Of a DNA stretch of 64,000 nt, positions 51,201 to 61,871 are shown piece by piece. Position numbers and translations under genes: made by a program. The stretch spans positions 160,001 through 224,000 of the forward strand of contig CAVQRZ010000001.1 in NCBI GenBank assembly GCA_963715335.1. The letters run 5' to 3'. The DNA is from an uncultured delta proteobacterium (GTDB lineage: Bacteria; Desulfobacterota; Desulfuromonadia; Desulfuromonadales; BM103). How positions within the stretch are numbered: position 1 is the first letter of the stretch; the number at the start of each line of letters is the position of its first letter. Under the pieces are notes generated by a model. The model saw nothing but the letters and a program-made list of their open reading frames with translations. It ran no database searches and was not told the origin of the DNA.

Positions 51201-51698
51201 ATGAATACCGCCTACCTCGGGCTCGGCAGCAACCTCGGCAACCGGATGGCTTTTTTGCGAAGCGGACGCGATACGTTGGTGAACCGGCCTGATGTCGTTC
51301 TTGTCCGGACGGCTGGCGTGTATGAAACCGAAGCGGTAGGCGGTCCGCCGGAAAACCCTCTTTTCCTGAACACGGCGCTGCAGATAGAGACATCTCTGGA
51401 TCCCCAGCAACTGCTCGCAACCTGTCTGGCTGTCGAAGATGAATTCGGACGCTCCCGCCCGGTACGCTGGTCGCCGCGGACCTTGGACATCGACATCCTG
51501 TTTTACGCTGGCCAGGTCATTTGCGAAGAAAACCTGGCCATTCCACACCCCAGACTCCAGGAGCGCTCATTCGTCCTTGCACCTCTCCGGGAGATTGCGC
51601 CCGACCTCAGGCATCCGCTGCTTGACCAAACCATTAGCGAGCTGGCCGCCGGAAGCGCCGGCGTCGAGGAACTTGTGCCGATGCGCACAAATTGGTGA
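51201..51698 (+). CDS. folK: 2-amino-4-hydroxy-6-hydroxymethyldihydropteridine pyrophosphokinase
   Basis: 'AYLGLGSNLG', 'YET', 'FLN', 'PRTLDIDIL' and 'IPHPRL.ER.FVL.PL'. Confidence 0.95.
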   Translation: MNTAYLGLGSNLGNRMAFLRSGRDTLVNRPDVVLVRTAGVYETEAVGGPPENPLFLNTALQIETSLDPQQLLATCLAVEDEFGRSRPVRWSPRTLDIDILFYAGQVICEENLAIPHPRLQERSFVLAPLREIAPDLRHPLLDQTISELAAGSAGVEELVPMRTNW

Positions 51699-51703
51699 TT
51701 GAG

Positions 51704-51955
51704 ATGCTGGTTCGTCTGCTGATCTGGCTGATTGTCGGTTTCCTGGTTTACACGGTATTCCAGATGATCAAACAGGCCACGTTGAAGCCCCCCGGCACAC
51801 CGGCCGAGAAAACCGGTCGCGGAGAGGAAATGGTCCGGGATCCGGAATGCGGGACCTACGTGCCGCGCAACGACGCCATACCAACCCAGACAAAGAGCAA
51901 AACCTGCTATTTTTGCTCGACAGAGTGCCGGGACAAATACCTGGAACGCAGCTGA
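51704..51955 (+). CDS. Small membrane-anchored YHS/TRASH-domain protein
   Basis: N-terminal TM helix, then 'MVRDPECGTYVP...FCSTECRDKY'. Confidence 0.8.
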   Translation: MLVRLLIWLIVGFLVYTVFQMIKQATLKPPGTPAEKTGRGEEMVRDPECGTYVPRNDAIPTQTKSKTCYFCSTECRDKYLERS

Positions 51956-52003
51956 TGGCTGTGGAACCTTTTGTACACAACCTGATAACTAAGGAGCGAA
52001 TAG

Positions 52004-52654
52004 ATGAAGTTTTTTATCGACACAGCTGACGTCAAGGAAATTGCGTTGGCAAATGAACTGGGCCTCGTCGACGGGGTGACCACCAACCCATCGCTGGTCG
52101 CCAAAAGCGGCCGGGACTTTCACGACGTGCTTAAGGAAATCATCTCGCTGGTCAACGGGCCGATTTCCGCGGAAGTCGTTGCAACAGACGCCGCGGGGAT
52201 GATCAACGAAGCTGGAGTCCTGGCGAAACTCGACCCCGAGAAGATTGTCATCAAGCTGCCCTTGACCGAAGAAGGGCTAAAGGCGACCAAGGCCTTGAGT
52301 CAGAAAGGGTTCAAGACCAACCTGACCCTGATCTTCTCCCCTCTGCAAGCACTGCTCGCAGCCAAGGCCGGCGCAACCTATGTCTCCCCATTCATAGGTC
52401 GGCTCGATGATATCGGCCACGAAGGGATGGAATGCGTCGAGCAGATCCGCACCATCTTTGACAATTACGGCTATGCCACAGAAATTATCGTTGCCTCGGT
52501 ACGCAGCCCGCAGCACGTCCTGCAAGCCGGGATGATCGGCGCCGACATCTGCACGATACCCTACAGTGTCATGCTGCAACTGGCCAAACATCCGCTCACG
52601 GACATCGGTCTGGAGAAGTTCCTCGCCGACTGGCAGAAACATGTTGCGAAATAG
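52004..52654 (+). CDS. tal: Transaldolase / fructose-6-phosphate aldolase family
   Basis: 'MKFFIDTA', 'GVTTNPSL', Schiff-base 'VIKLP', '[11 protein letters not shown]' and 'ASVR'. Confidence 0.93.
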   Translation: MKFFIDTADVKEIALANELGLVDGVTTNPSLVAKSGRDFHDVLKEIISLVNGPISAEVVATDAAGMINEAGVLAKLDPEKIVIKLPLTEEGLKATKALSQKGFKTNLTLIFSPLQALLAAKAGATYVSPFIGRLDDIGHEGMECVEQIRTIFDNYGYATEIIVASVRSPQHVLQAGMIGADICTIPYSVMLQLAKHPLTDIGLEKFLADWQKHVAK

Positions 52655-53540
52655 GCTTCTGCCCATACGTAGAAGATTCCTTCTACTCGCAGCAGTCCTG
52701 CTTTCAAGCACATGTTTCGCAACCGTTGCTTTGGCAGGAAGCACTGCCATGGAAGAAGCCGAACTATGGGCAGATGTCTCTGAAGAGATCAACGAGGCCC
52801 CGGGCTATGCAGACACCAAAGATGCTGATCGCAAATGGGCGATCAGCGTCGGAGTGGCCGCTCGCGTTGTCCCTGATTATGAGGGTTCAAACGACTACGG
52901 TTGTGATTTTGGTCCCAACATTTCTGCTGCCTGGCGGGACACGATCTTCTACAAGGGGAGAACCCTGGGCGCCAATCTCATCCGCAAGGAAAACTTCAAG
53001 GCCGGCGTGATTCTGGCCAAGGCTTCAGGACGCGATGAAGACGACAACGACAAACTGGAAGGGCTCGGCGACGTTGACGGTGGCCTCGAGGTCGGAGGGT
53101 TCGTTTCTTACAAGAACAAACCGTGGCGTTTCAAGGCAGAAGCCCGACAGGAAGTCGACTCCGGGCACGAAGGCGCACTGGTGGAGCTGAGCGCCGGCTC
53201 GGAACTGACGTTTGCCAAAACACGGGTTTTCATCGAACTCGGCACAACTTGGGCGAGTGACGACTACATGGAGAGTTTTTTTGGCATTGATTCACAACAA
53301 TCCGCAAACTCGGGCCTCGAAAGACACAGCGCGGAGGCAGGCATTAAGGATATCAATATCAGCGTTTCTGCCGGCTACCCGATTACCAATCGCTGGCGAA
53401 TCGGCGCGACGATGGAGTACAAAAAACTCCTGGGCGAAGCCGCAGACAGTCCCATCGTCGATGACAAGGACCAGTTTGTTGCCGGAATTGGTCTTTCCTA
53501 CCACATGGGCTCCAAGTACCTCCCGGAGGAATTCAGATAG
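52641..53540 (+). CDS. MipA/OmpV family outer-membrane protein
   Basis: Signal peptide, 'PDYEGSNDY', 'LEGLGDVD', '[13 protein letters not shown]' and 'AADSPIV'. Confidence 0.85.
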   Translation: MLRNRLLPIRRRFLLLAAVLLSSTCFATVALAGSTAMEEAELWADVSEEINEAPGYADTKDADRKWAISVGVAARVVPDYEGSNDYGCDFGPNISAAWRDTIFYKGRTLGANLIRKENFKAGVILAKASGRDEDDNDKLEGLGDVDGGLEVGGFVSYKNKPWRFKAEARQEVDSGHEGALVELSAGSELTFAKTRVFIELGTTWASDDYMESFFGIDSQQSANSGLERHSAEAGIKDINISVSAGYPITNRWRIGATMEYKKLLGEAADSPIVDDKDQFVAGIGLSYHMGSKYLPEEFR

Positions 53541-53798
53541 AAAGCAAACAGCACCTGGGCGCTGCTGTAGGGACACCTTAACTGTTTCACCGAACATGTC
53601 GCCCAAAGGGGCTATTATGACTCGGGGTGACAATCAGGACTATGTTTTGCGGTCCTATCTTTTAAAGAGTGTCATTCCCTTGAGGTTTATGTGGCCTAAA
53701 TTTGGCCATGAGATTCATGATGCATCCCTAAAAATCCCTGTTATAATAACCTTCATTCTTCACAGTTCACTTACATCAAAAAACATGGAGATCTCAGC

Positions 53799-54449
53799 AT
53801 GAAAAAATTGTTCGTTATGTTACTCGTTGTTTTGCTCCTAGCCGGCTGTACACCGCCGCAGAACAACCAGGAAAAAGGCACCCGCTACGGCGCCTTGGGC
53901 GGTGCTGCCGCCGGCGCCCTGCTTGGGCAGGTGATCGGTGGCAATACCAAGGGCACGCTGATAGGCGCCGGCGTCGGCGCTCTGGCCGGTGGCGTAATTG
54001 GCAACCAGGTTGGCAAAAGCATGGATGAACAGGAAGCCGCCATGCGTCGCGAGTTGGCTTCCGTCGAAGCGGCTAATATCCAGCGCAACGCTGACGTTCT
54101 GGCGGTCACCTTCAAGTCGGACTACCTGTTTGCAGTTGGTTCTGCCAACCTGAATGCCGGGGCTTTCGACGAGATCAGCCGGGTCAGCCGGGTCCTCAAC
54201 CAGTACCCAGACACCAACATCCAGGTTGCCGGGCACACGGACAGTACCGGTTCCGAAGAATTCAACCAGACTCTTTCGGTGAATCGTGCCGAAAACGTCA
54301 AGAATGCGCTGGTCGGTCAAGGGGTTAACCCCGGCCGAATCACTACGATTGGCTTTGGCGAATCGGCACCGGTCGCAGACAACAGCAGCGAATCCGGACG
54401 GCAGCTGAACCGGCGGGTTGTCATCACAATTAGACCCAATAATGCATAA
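53799..54449 (+). CDS. OmpA-family lipoprotein with glycine zipper (YiaD-like)
   Basis: Lipobox 'LLAGC', glycine zipper, 'AGHTDSTGS..FNQTLS..RA' and 'NRRV'. Confidence 0.92.
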   Translation: MKKLFVMLLVVLLLAGCTPPQNNQEKGTRYGALGGAAAGALLGQVIGGNTKGTLIGAGVGALAGGVIGNQVGKSMDEQEAAMRRELASVEAANIQRNADVLAVTFKSDYLFAVGSANLNAGAFDEISRVSRVLNQYPDTNIQVAGHTDSTGSEEFNQTLSVNRAENVKNALVGQGVNPGRITTIGFGESAPVADNSSESGRQLNRRVVITIRPNNA

Positions 54450-54477
54450 GATCGAACACCTTAAAGGAGAGAAGCAC

Positions 54478-54933
54478 ATGCGTATCAAATCTGTTTTGTT
54501 GACCCTCCTGTTGCTGGCCATTCCGTTCCTGTCGATGGCCGAGGATTCCAATGTTTTGCGCAAGCAGATCATGATGGATCAGAAAAGGTTGATCGTCATG
54601 GAAAACATGGACCTGACCGAGGCAGAAGGCCAGGCGTTCTGGCCGGTTTACGAGAAGCACCAGGAAGAGCTGTTCCAGGTCAATCAACGCGGCGCGAAAC
54701 TGATCCTGGCCTATGCCGCCGCCTACCAGACCCTGACCGATGAGCAGGCTTTGAAACTGATAGATGAATACTTTGACATCCAGGATGCACGCCAGCTGGT
54801 CATGAAGAAAATGGCGAGTGACGTGGGTAAAGTTCTGCCTGGCAAGAAAGCCTTCCGGTATCTGCAGATTGAATCGAAACTGGCGGCGATTGGCCGCTAC
54901 GAACTGGCGAAAGAGATTCCCCTGGCACAATAG
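54478..54933 (+). CDS. Exported hypothetical helical protein
   Basis: SD AAGGAG, signal peptide ending 'SMA', 'LTEAEGQAFWPVY' and 'RYLQIE'. Confidence 0.75.
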   Translation: MRIKSVLLTLLLLAIPFLSMAEDSNVLRKQIMMDQKRLIVMENMDLTEAEGQAFWPVYEKHQEELFQVNQRGAKLILAYAAAYQTLTDEQALKLIDEYFDIQDARQLVMKKMASDVGKVLPGKKAFRYLQIESKLAAIGRYELAKEIPLAQ

Positions 54934-54939
54934 TCAAAG

Positions 54940-54974
54940 TGAGGATGCCCCGGACTTAGCTCCGGGGCATCTTC
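54940..54974. terminator. Hairpin/terminator between convergent genes
   Basis: GAGGATGCCCCGGA-cttagc-TCCGGGGCATCTTC. Confidence 0.55.
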
Positions 54975-55133
54975 ATCGTCATGACAATTCTGAAACAACC
55001 GTCATTCCTCTTTGTATATGGACTTTCCCTTTATTTTTTAAGGCTTAACTTGATGGCTTGGCGCCTTGGTGGCTCGTCTTATCTGGTTATCGGACGTTTC
55101 AACAGGGAACACAAAGGCGTCCGTTCCCTCGCT

Positions 55134-56195
55134 CTAGTCATCACAACAACTGGCGGCTTTCCTGGAGACCCAGAACGCCCGCCCGATCAGAAACAGCAAC
55201 ACCACCGCCGCCAGGTTTCCCCAAACGCTCACGGCATGGGCCTCCGACGTGGTCATCCAGCGGCTGATATCCAGGCCGGCCCAGGCATAGAATTCATTGA
55301 CCAGCCAGCCGAGCACCAGCGAACAGCATGCTATCACGGACAGGTAAACCAGCGTTGCCCGGCGCCCCCAGAAGCGAGCGACGACCGTCAGGGTTGCGGC
55401 ATTAGTCGCCGGGCCCGCCAGGAGAAAGACCAAGGCTGCTCCCGGGGATAACCCTTTTAACACCAGCGCTGCAGCAATCGGTGTCGAAGCACTGGCACAC
55501 ATGTAGAGCGGAATGCCGATCAGCAGCATCAGCACCAGCGAAGCGGCCTGATATTCAAATAACATGGTAAAAAACCCATCCGGGACCAGTGCGGTTAACA
55601 ACCCCGCAATCAGCACCCCGAGCAACAGCCAGCCGCCGATATCTTTAAGCAGTTCACCGAACGCGTAACGAGTACCGTCGACAACCCGGGACGTCAACGA
55701 TGCTTTTTGCTTCTCCGCAGAGGCACAACAGGCGTCGGGGCAGTCACCGTCGCTTCGGACAATATCCAGTTCGGTCTTTTCTTCCGGCAGCAGACCGATC
55801 AAGATACCGGTAAGAGTTCCGGTGATAAAGGCGGCGATCGGTCTAACGACCGTCATGACCGGATCCAGCAAAGCCCAGGTGATGGCAATCGAATCGACGC
55901 CGGACTCCGGAGTCGACACCAGAAACGCCGCCGAGGGCCCGCGCCCCGCACCCTGCCTGCGTAAACCGATCGCCGCCGGGATTACGCCGCAGGAACAGAG
56001 CGGCAGGGGAACCCCCAGCAACGAGGCCTTGACCACTGCAGCAAACGAGCTGCCGCCCAGATGCCGGGCGACAGCATCATCAGGGAGCAAAGCCTTGATC
56101 AAGCCGGCGGCCAGAAAACCGAAGATCACATAGGGAGCGGCCTCGGTAAAGATATGCCAGGTCTCCATTATTAATCGTGTCACGAAATTTGTCAT
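55134..56195 (-). CDS. DUF318/ArsP-type permease (SO_0444-like metal efflux)
   Basis: 'PLPLCSCGVIP', 'STPESGVDS', 'PLYMCASASTP', 'GPATN' and Cys-rich linker and tail. Confidence 0.88.
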   Translation of the reverse strand: MTNFVTRLIMETWHIFTEAAPYVIFGFLAAGLIKALLPDDAVARHLGGSSFAAVVKASLLGVPLPLCSCGVIPAAIGLRRQGAGRGPSAAFLVSTPESGVDSIAITWALLDPVMTVVRPIAAFITGTLTGILIGLLPEEKTELDIVRSDGDCPDACCASAEKQKASLTSRVVDGTRYAFGELLKDIGGWLLLGVLIAGLLTALVPDGFFTMLFEYQAASLVLMLLIGIPLYMCASASTPIAAALVLKGLSPGAALVFLLAGPATNAATLTVVARFWGRRATLVYLSVIACCSLVLGWLVNEFYAWAGLDISRWMTTSEAHAVSVWGNLAAVVLLFLIGRAFWVSRKAASCCDD

Positions 56196-56208
56196 GAACC
56201 CCTCTCGG

Positions 56209-56448
56209 TTATTGCCTCCCGTTAAAGGAGGTTGCGCGTCCGGCCAGGAGCTTGCCTGCGACCAGCAACAAGGGCGTTCCGTGCATCAAGAGATCGAAGA
56301 TATCGATCGGTTTGATCAACTGGCCAGCAACCAGCATCCGCAGTTTCTCCATCAGGTGCGGCTCCGGCCGAAAAGGCGCCAGGCCAAGGACGACTGCTAC
56401 GGGCAGCAGAAAAACCCAGGGGATTCTCGTAAGCAAACGGGCAATCAT
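56209..56448 (-). CDS. Small membrane hypothetical protein
   Basis: SD GAGGAG and 'LGLAPFRPEPHLMEKLRML..G.L.KPIDIFDLLMHG'. Confidence 0.7.
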   Translation of the reverse strand: MIARLLTRIPWVFLLPVAVVLGLAPFRPEPHLMEKLRMLVAGQLIKPIDIFDLLMHGTPLLLVAGKLLAGRATSFNGRQ

Positions 56449-56567
56449 GATTCTCCTCTCGCCTCGACTCAAGACCTTATTCCTGAGAAGGCTGATTGAA
56501 CCGGTCCAACAAACAGGGTAAGCTGTTAACAGCTTGCAACACTCAACAACCGGTAGGGGACCATATT

Positions 56568-57032
56568 ATGAAATTATATCTGATGCAGCATGCGCTTGCC
56601 TACTCGTCCGAAGAGAATTCTGAAAGGGTGCTCAGTCCGGCGGGTGTTGAGCAGGCCAAACAGTCCGCACACGGCATCAGGCGCCTCGGACTGGAGTTTG
56701 ACCTGATTATGACCAGCCCCAAGCGTCGCGCAAAGCAGACCGCTGCACTGGTTGCTGAGGGAGTTCGCTACCCGTACAGTGATATTTTGACAACCGAAAC
56801 GCTCATGCCGGACCAGGAGCCTGATGCATTGCTCCAGCTCCTGCAAAGGGAATCGACCGACAGCAGCATTCTGATTGTCGGTCACCTGCCCCACCTGGCC
56901 CACCTGGCTGAAACCCTGACTCAGGGAGGGGACCTGATCTTCGAGAATGCCGGGTTGACCTGCCTGGAGATGACGGGTCCCAAAACCGCCAGCCTGGAAT
57001 TTCACCTGCAGGCGCGACACCTGACCATGTAG
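56568..57032 (+). CDS. sixA: Phosphohistidine phosphatase SixA
   Basis: 'KLYLMQHA' (variant of RHG), 'ERVLSPAG', 'TSPKRRAKQTA' and 'LIVGHLPHL'. Confidence 0.82.
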   Translation: MKLYLMQHALAYSSEENSERVLSPAGVEQAKQSAHGIRRLGLEFDLIMTSPKRRAKQTAALVAEGVRYPYSDILTTETLMPDQEPDALLQLLQRESTDSSILIVGHLPHLAHLAETLTQGGDLIFENAGLTCLEMTGPKTASLEFHLQARHLTM

Positions 57033-57310
57033 GTCTGAATCACGGCGCATCGCCCATCTTGTCTCTGCGCCATGGGAGTTTTATCCGGACCGTATAGACG
57101 CTGAAGTCGCCGATTTTAGAATACCCCCTCAGCAAAGATCAACTTCAATAAATTTATCTGCTTACAGAATTTGCCTGTATCCTTTCTCCAGTAAAATAGC
57201 GTTTTGTTTTCCTGGCGGATTATTGTATAAAGAACGTTGCCTCATAATTTGAGGCGACGTTTTGCGTTTCTATGGTCAGAATATTTCTGCACATTTCAGG
57301 AGGTGACACG

Positions 57311-59355
57311 ATGGATCTGCAAGGATTGAAGCGTCACGGCCGGTTGGGTGTTGTCTTGCCTGTCCTGCTGGCAATGTTATGGGGGACACCGGCAGCGGCG
57401 TTCCAGTTCGACTTCGGGGAAGTAGAGGGGAGCCTGGACAGCACCCTTTCGTATGGCATGAGCTGGAGGGTGGCGGACCGCGACGATGATATCGTCGGCA
57501 CGGCCAATGGCGGCACAGCCTATTCCGTCAACGGTGACGACGGCAACCTGAATTATGATGACGGCAAGCTGATCAGCCAGGTCGCCAAGATCACCAGTGA
57601 CCTGACCCTCAATTACAAAGACTTCGGGCTGTTCGTACGTGGCACAGCCTTTTATGATTACGAAAATGAGGACCGGGACCGCGAGCGCACTGAATTATCA
57701 AATGACGCCCTCGACCTGGTCGGCAAGGACGCCAAGCTCCTCGATTCCTACGTCTGGTGGAACTTCGCGTTAGGCGACATGCTCGGCCAGATACGAGTCG
57801 GCGACCAGGTGGTGAGTTGGGGGGAGAGCACCTTCATCCAGAACAGCATTAACACCATCAACCCAATTGACGTAAGCAGCATTCGTCTACCGGGCTCCGA
57901 ACTCAAGGAAGCGCTGGTCCCGGTAGGGATGGTCTCGGCCTCGATTTCACCTACCGATTACGTGACGCTCGAAGGCTTCTATCAATACGACTGGGAAAAA
58001 ACCGAAATCGACCCGCCGGGCAGCTACTGGAGCACCAACGACTTCGCCGGCAAGGGCGGCAACAAGATCATGCTCGGCTTTGGCGACGTGTCAGATTTGG
58101 GGACCAGCTTTGCGGCGTTAGGCGGGACTATGGGACAATTTTAGGGGTCGACACCTTTCGAAAAAGATTTCCTCGCGGTGAAACGGATTGGCGACGACAA
58201 TCCTTCCGATGATGGCCAGTTCGGTTTGGCCATGCGCGTGGTTGTGCCGCAATTGAACGAAACCGAATTCGGCTTCTACTTTATTAACTATCATAGCCGC
58301 CTGCCGATCATCAGCGGCAGGACGGGAACCGCAGGCCGGGGTCGATGCTGCACAGCAAGTATTGGACCACTGCGGTGACGCCCAATGTTGCGCCTTATCC
58401 GGTGGCAGTCAAGTACTCTCAGGCTCTCCTGACCCATCGCAGATCCTGGGCCAAAGTGCGCGCCGTCAAAACAATCGGCAGCATCGCGCTCAACGAGTAT
58501 TCCCAGACGGCAAACTACTTCCTGGAGTACCCGGAAGATATCAAGCTCTATGGCGTCAGCTTTAACACCCAGCTGAGCGGCATCGGCATGGCCTTGCAGG
58601 GCGAGTACTCATACCGTGATGATGTGCCGACTCCAGGTCGATGATGTCGAACTGCTGTTGGCAGCTTTGTCGCCAGTCAGCGCAGTTACCTCTCCAGTCG
58701 TTGGCGGACTTATCGCCCTATGCAGCGTATACCGACAATCAAATCGGGGTTTACACACCGGACATGGTTATTCACGGTTATGAAGAACTCGACATTTCCC
58801 AGGTGCAAATGACCGCGACCCAGACCTTCGGCCCGACCTTCGGCGCCGACCAGTTTGTCATGGTCGGTGAAGTCGGCGTGACCCATGTCCATGACATGCC
58901 CTCCAAAAACAAGAACCGCTTTGAAAGCCCGGCCACCTATGTCACCGGCAACCCGACCCAGGCCTGGGGACCTGCCGTCCGGATCCAGACAATACGGACC
59001 CTGCGGCAAGCCCTTGGCGGAGCCCATTCAGGAAAACCGGCAGAACCCAGTGATGCCTTTGCTGATGCAACCTCCTGGGGTTATCGCGCGGTTGCCAGGC
59101 TGGATTACAACAATGCGATTGGTGCCGTAAGCCTTTCGCCACGGATTGCCTGGTCCCATGATGTCGATGGCAACTCTCCTGGCCCCGGTGGCAACTTCCT
59201 CGAAGGATCGCAAAGCGATCACCTTCGGTCTCGGTGCCAGCTACCTGAGCACCTGGTCAGCGGATCTGAGCTACACCGACTTCTTCGGTGCCAACCAATA
59301 CAACCTGATCAACGACCGGGATTTCGTGGCTTTCAACATAAAGTATTCCTTCTAA
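57311..59355 (+). pseudogene. DUF1302 outer-membrane beta-barrel interrupted by an in-frame TAG and several frameshifts (pseudogene or sequencing error)
   Basis: 'NGDDGNLNY', 'QVVSWGESTF', 'NYHSRLP', 'YPEDIKLYGVSFNT', 'SWGYR' and 'DRDFVAFNIKYSF' occur in different frames. TAG is at 58142-58144. Confidence 0.82.
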
Positions 59356-59375
59356 TCCTTTAAGGAGGGAGAAGA

Positions 59376-60737
59376 ATGAAAAATCTGACTATCAAGACAT
59401 CGATACTTATCATGGCCGGACTATTCCTCGCAGGTCCGGGCTTTGCGGCCATCACGGCCGATCAGGCCGCTCGTCTCGGCCAGGACCTCACGCCGATGGG
59501 CGGCGAAAAAGCCGGCAACGCCAGCGGCACGATCCCGGCCTGGGAAGGCGGCATCACCGCCCCGCCGGCAGGCTATCAGAAAGGGATGCATCACCCCGAC
59601 CCCTTTGCTGCCGACAAGGTGCTCTTCACCATAACAGCCGACAATATGGGTCAGTATGCCGACCAGCTGACCGTCGGCCAACAGGCGATGCTCAAAGCTT
59701 ATCCAAGCTACAAGATGAACGTCTATCCGCCCCATCGCAGCGCCTCGGCACCACAACGCATCTACGATGCCACCAAGGCTCTTGCCACCAAGGCTGAGCT
59801 GGCACCAGGCGGCAACGGTGTGCTCGGCGGCGTTAACGGCATTCCCTTCCCGATACCGCAAAACGGCACCGAGGCGATCTGGAACCACATCCTGCGCTGG
59901 CGAGGGAACGCCTTCGACCGCAACTTCGGCGTTGCCCCGATGACCCGCAGCGGCGACTACACCATGGTCGAGTTCAACGAAAAGGGCGACTTCCGCTACA
60001 GCCAGGAAGGGATGACCGAGGAAAAGCTGGAAAACGTCATCGCCATGTTCAAACAGGAGATCTTTGCCCCGGCCCGGGTTGCCGGCCGCATCCTGCTGGT
60101 TCATGAAACGCTCGACCAGAACAAGGAAAACCGCCGGGCCTGGCTTTACAACCCCGGCCAGCGCCGCGTGCGTCGCGCACCGAACGTTGCTTTTGATAAC
60201 CCCAAGGAAGGCGGCGACGGCCTGACCACCAGCGACACGGTCGACATGTACAACGGCAGCCCCGAGCGCTACGACTGGACCCTGGTCGGCAAGAAGGAGC
60301 TTTACGTCCCCTATAACAGCTACCTGCTGCACAGCGACCAGCTCAAGTACAAGGACATCCTGACCCCGCTGCACCTGAATCCAGAATACCTGCGCTACGA
60401 ACTGCACCGCGTCTGGGTGGTTGACGCAACCCTCAAGGAAGGGATGCGCCACATTTACAAGAAACGCACCTTCTACATCGACGAAGATTCCTGGCAGATC
60501 CTCGCCATGGACCAGTACGACAGCCGCGACCAGCTCTGGCGGGTTTCCGAGGGGCACTGCATCAACTACTACGAGGTGCCGACTTTCTGGTCGACCGTTG
60601 AGGCCCACTACGATCTGCAGTCAGGTCGCTATATCGCCATCAACCTCAACAATGAGCATTCAGAGTATAATTTCGATGTATCATTCGACAACAGTGAGTT
60701 TACCGCAGCGGATCTGCGCCGTTCCGGCAAACGTTAA
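59376..60737 (+). CDS. DUF1329 periplasmic protein
   Basis: Signal peptide, 'LTPMGGEKAGNASGTIPAWEGG', 'PFPIP', 'YNPGQRRVRRAP' and 'RYELHRVWVV'. Confidence 0.92.
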   Translation: MKNLTIKTSILIMAGLFLAGPGFAAITADQAARLGQDLTPMGGEKAGNASGTIPAWEGGITAPPAGYQKGMHHPDPFAADKVLFTITADNMGQYADQLTVGQQAMLKAYPSYKMNVYPPHRSASAPQRIYDATKALATKAELAPGGNGVLGGVNGIPFPIPQNGTEAIWNHILRWRGNAFDRNFGVAPMTRSGDYTMVEFNEKGDFRYSQEGMTEEKLENVIAMFKQEIFAPARVAGRILLVHETLDQNKENRRAWLYNPGQRRVRRAPNVAFDNPKEGGDGLTTSDTVDMYNGSPERYDWTLVGKKELYVPYNSYLLHSDQLKYKDILTPLHLNPEYLRYELHRVWVVDATLKEGMRHIYKKRTFYIDEDSWQILAMDQYDSRDQLWRVSEGHCINYYEVPTFWSTVEAHYDLQSGRYIAINLNNEHSEYNFDVSFDNSEFTAADLRRSGKR

Positions 60738-60755
60738 TCACGCGTTACGTTAACT

Positions 60756-60785
60756 GACGGCCGGGCCTCTGGTCCGGCCGTTTTG
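60756..60785 (+). terminator. Intra-operon hairpin/terminator after DUF1329
   Basis: GACGGCCGG-gcctctggt-CCGGCCGTTTT. Confidence 0.55.
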
Positions 60786-60802
60786 TCTTGAACGGATATG
60801 GC

Positions 60803-61871
60803 GTGCACGACCTGAGCTCGAAAACTTCTGGACTCAACCTCCCGACTCCCCCTGCTGACAGGTCTGACTCTGCTTGTCCTCGTCCACACTCACTCCCCGG
60901 TCCCGGCTCTGGCCACGGAGAGTCAAGTCATGCCGCTGGCAGACAAATCTTTATTGCTTGACGGACAACTGATCGGCGACAGAATCATCGTGGTCGGTGA
61001 ACGGGGACACGTCCTGGTCTCCGAGGACAACGGCAGCTCATGGCAGCAGCAGCCGACGCCGACCCGGGCGACCCTGACCAGCGTGTTCTTCATTGACCCG
61101 GCCAACGGCTGGGCGGCAGGCCACGACAGCCTGATCCTGCGGACCAGCGATGGCGGGAGGCGCTGGCAGGAGGTTTACAGCGCCCCGGAGGATGAGCGAC
61201 CGATCCTTGACCTCTGGTTCAAGGACGCGATCCACGGCTACGCAGTCGGTGCCTACGGGCTGTTTCTGGCGACCCATGACGGCGGCAGGAACTGGGCCCC
61301 TGTCGAGTTTAATCCCGCCACCCTGGTCCTTGACAACGTCGATCGTGATGACCCCTGGGGCGAACAGGAGGAGGAAGAGGTCTGGGTCGACTTTCACCTC
61401 AACCAGATTTCGGCGACGGACAATGGCCGGATCCTGATCGCCGCCGAAGCAGGCAAAATCTACCGTTCGGACGACGGTTGTCGTTCCTGGATCAGTCTGC
61501 CGTCCCCCTACGAAGGCTCTTTCTACGGCAGTCTCCCCCTGGGTCGGGGAAAAGTCTTGCTGTTCGGTCTGCGCGGCCACCTGTTCTTTTCCGAAAACAC
61601 CGGGACCAGCTGGGTCGCCGTTGAAGGCAACACCCAGGCCACCTTGAACGATGGCATTCAGCTGAACGATGGCCGGATCGTCCTGGCAGGACTGGCCGGC
61701 ACGCTGCTGATCAGCGAGGACCAGGGGCAAAGTTTTCAACTGTACGCCCAGGCAGACCGCGCCGGCATTGCCAGGGTGCTCCAGGCCAACGACGGTTCCC
61801 TGATCCTGATCGGCGAGATGGGCGTCAAGCGTCTCAACCTGCCAGAATTCAGCGAGGAGGTGGAGAAATGA
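60803..61871 (+). CDS. YCF48/BNR-repeat beta-propeller protein (probable frameshift in the leader near 60845)
   Basis: 'VGERGHVLVSEDNGSSW', 'TSDGGRRW' and 'PSPYEGSFYG'. Signal-peptide-like sequence lies upstream of the called ATG 60930. Confidence 0.85.

Noticed and set aside
56568..56600. SixA with QHA instead of RHG as a dead enzyme
   Set aside because: The catalytic His and other motifs are retained, and from recall QH variants occur among SixA homologues.
58142..58144. In-frame TAG in DUF1302 as pyrrolysine or readthrough
   Set aside because: The same gene has several frameshifts, the site is a homopolymer junction, and no pyl genes are in the window.
60798..60815. ATG-GCG-TGC-ACG-ACC-TGA in frame with YCF48 as a selenocysteine codon
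   Set aside because: It would fall in a signal-peptide region with no evident SECIS. A one-base insertion near 60845 explains it more simply.
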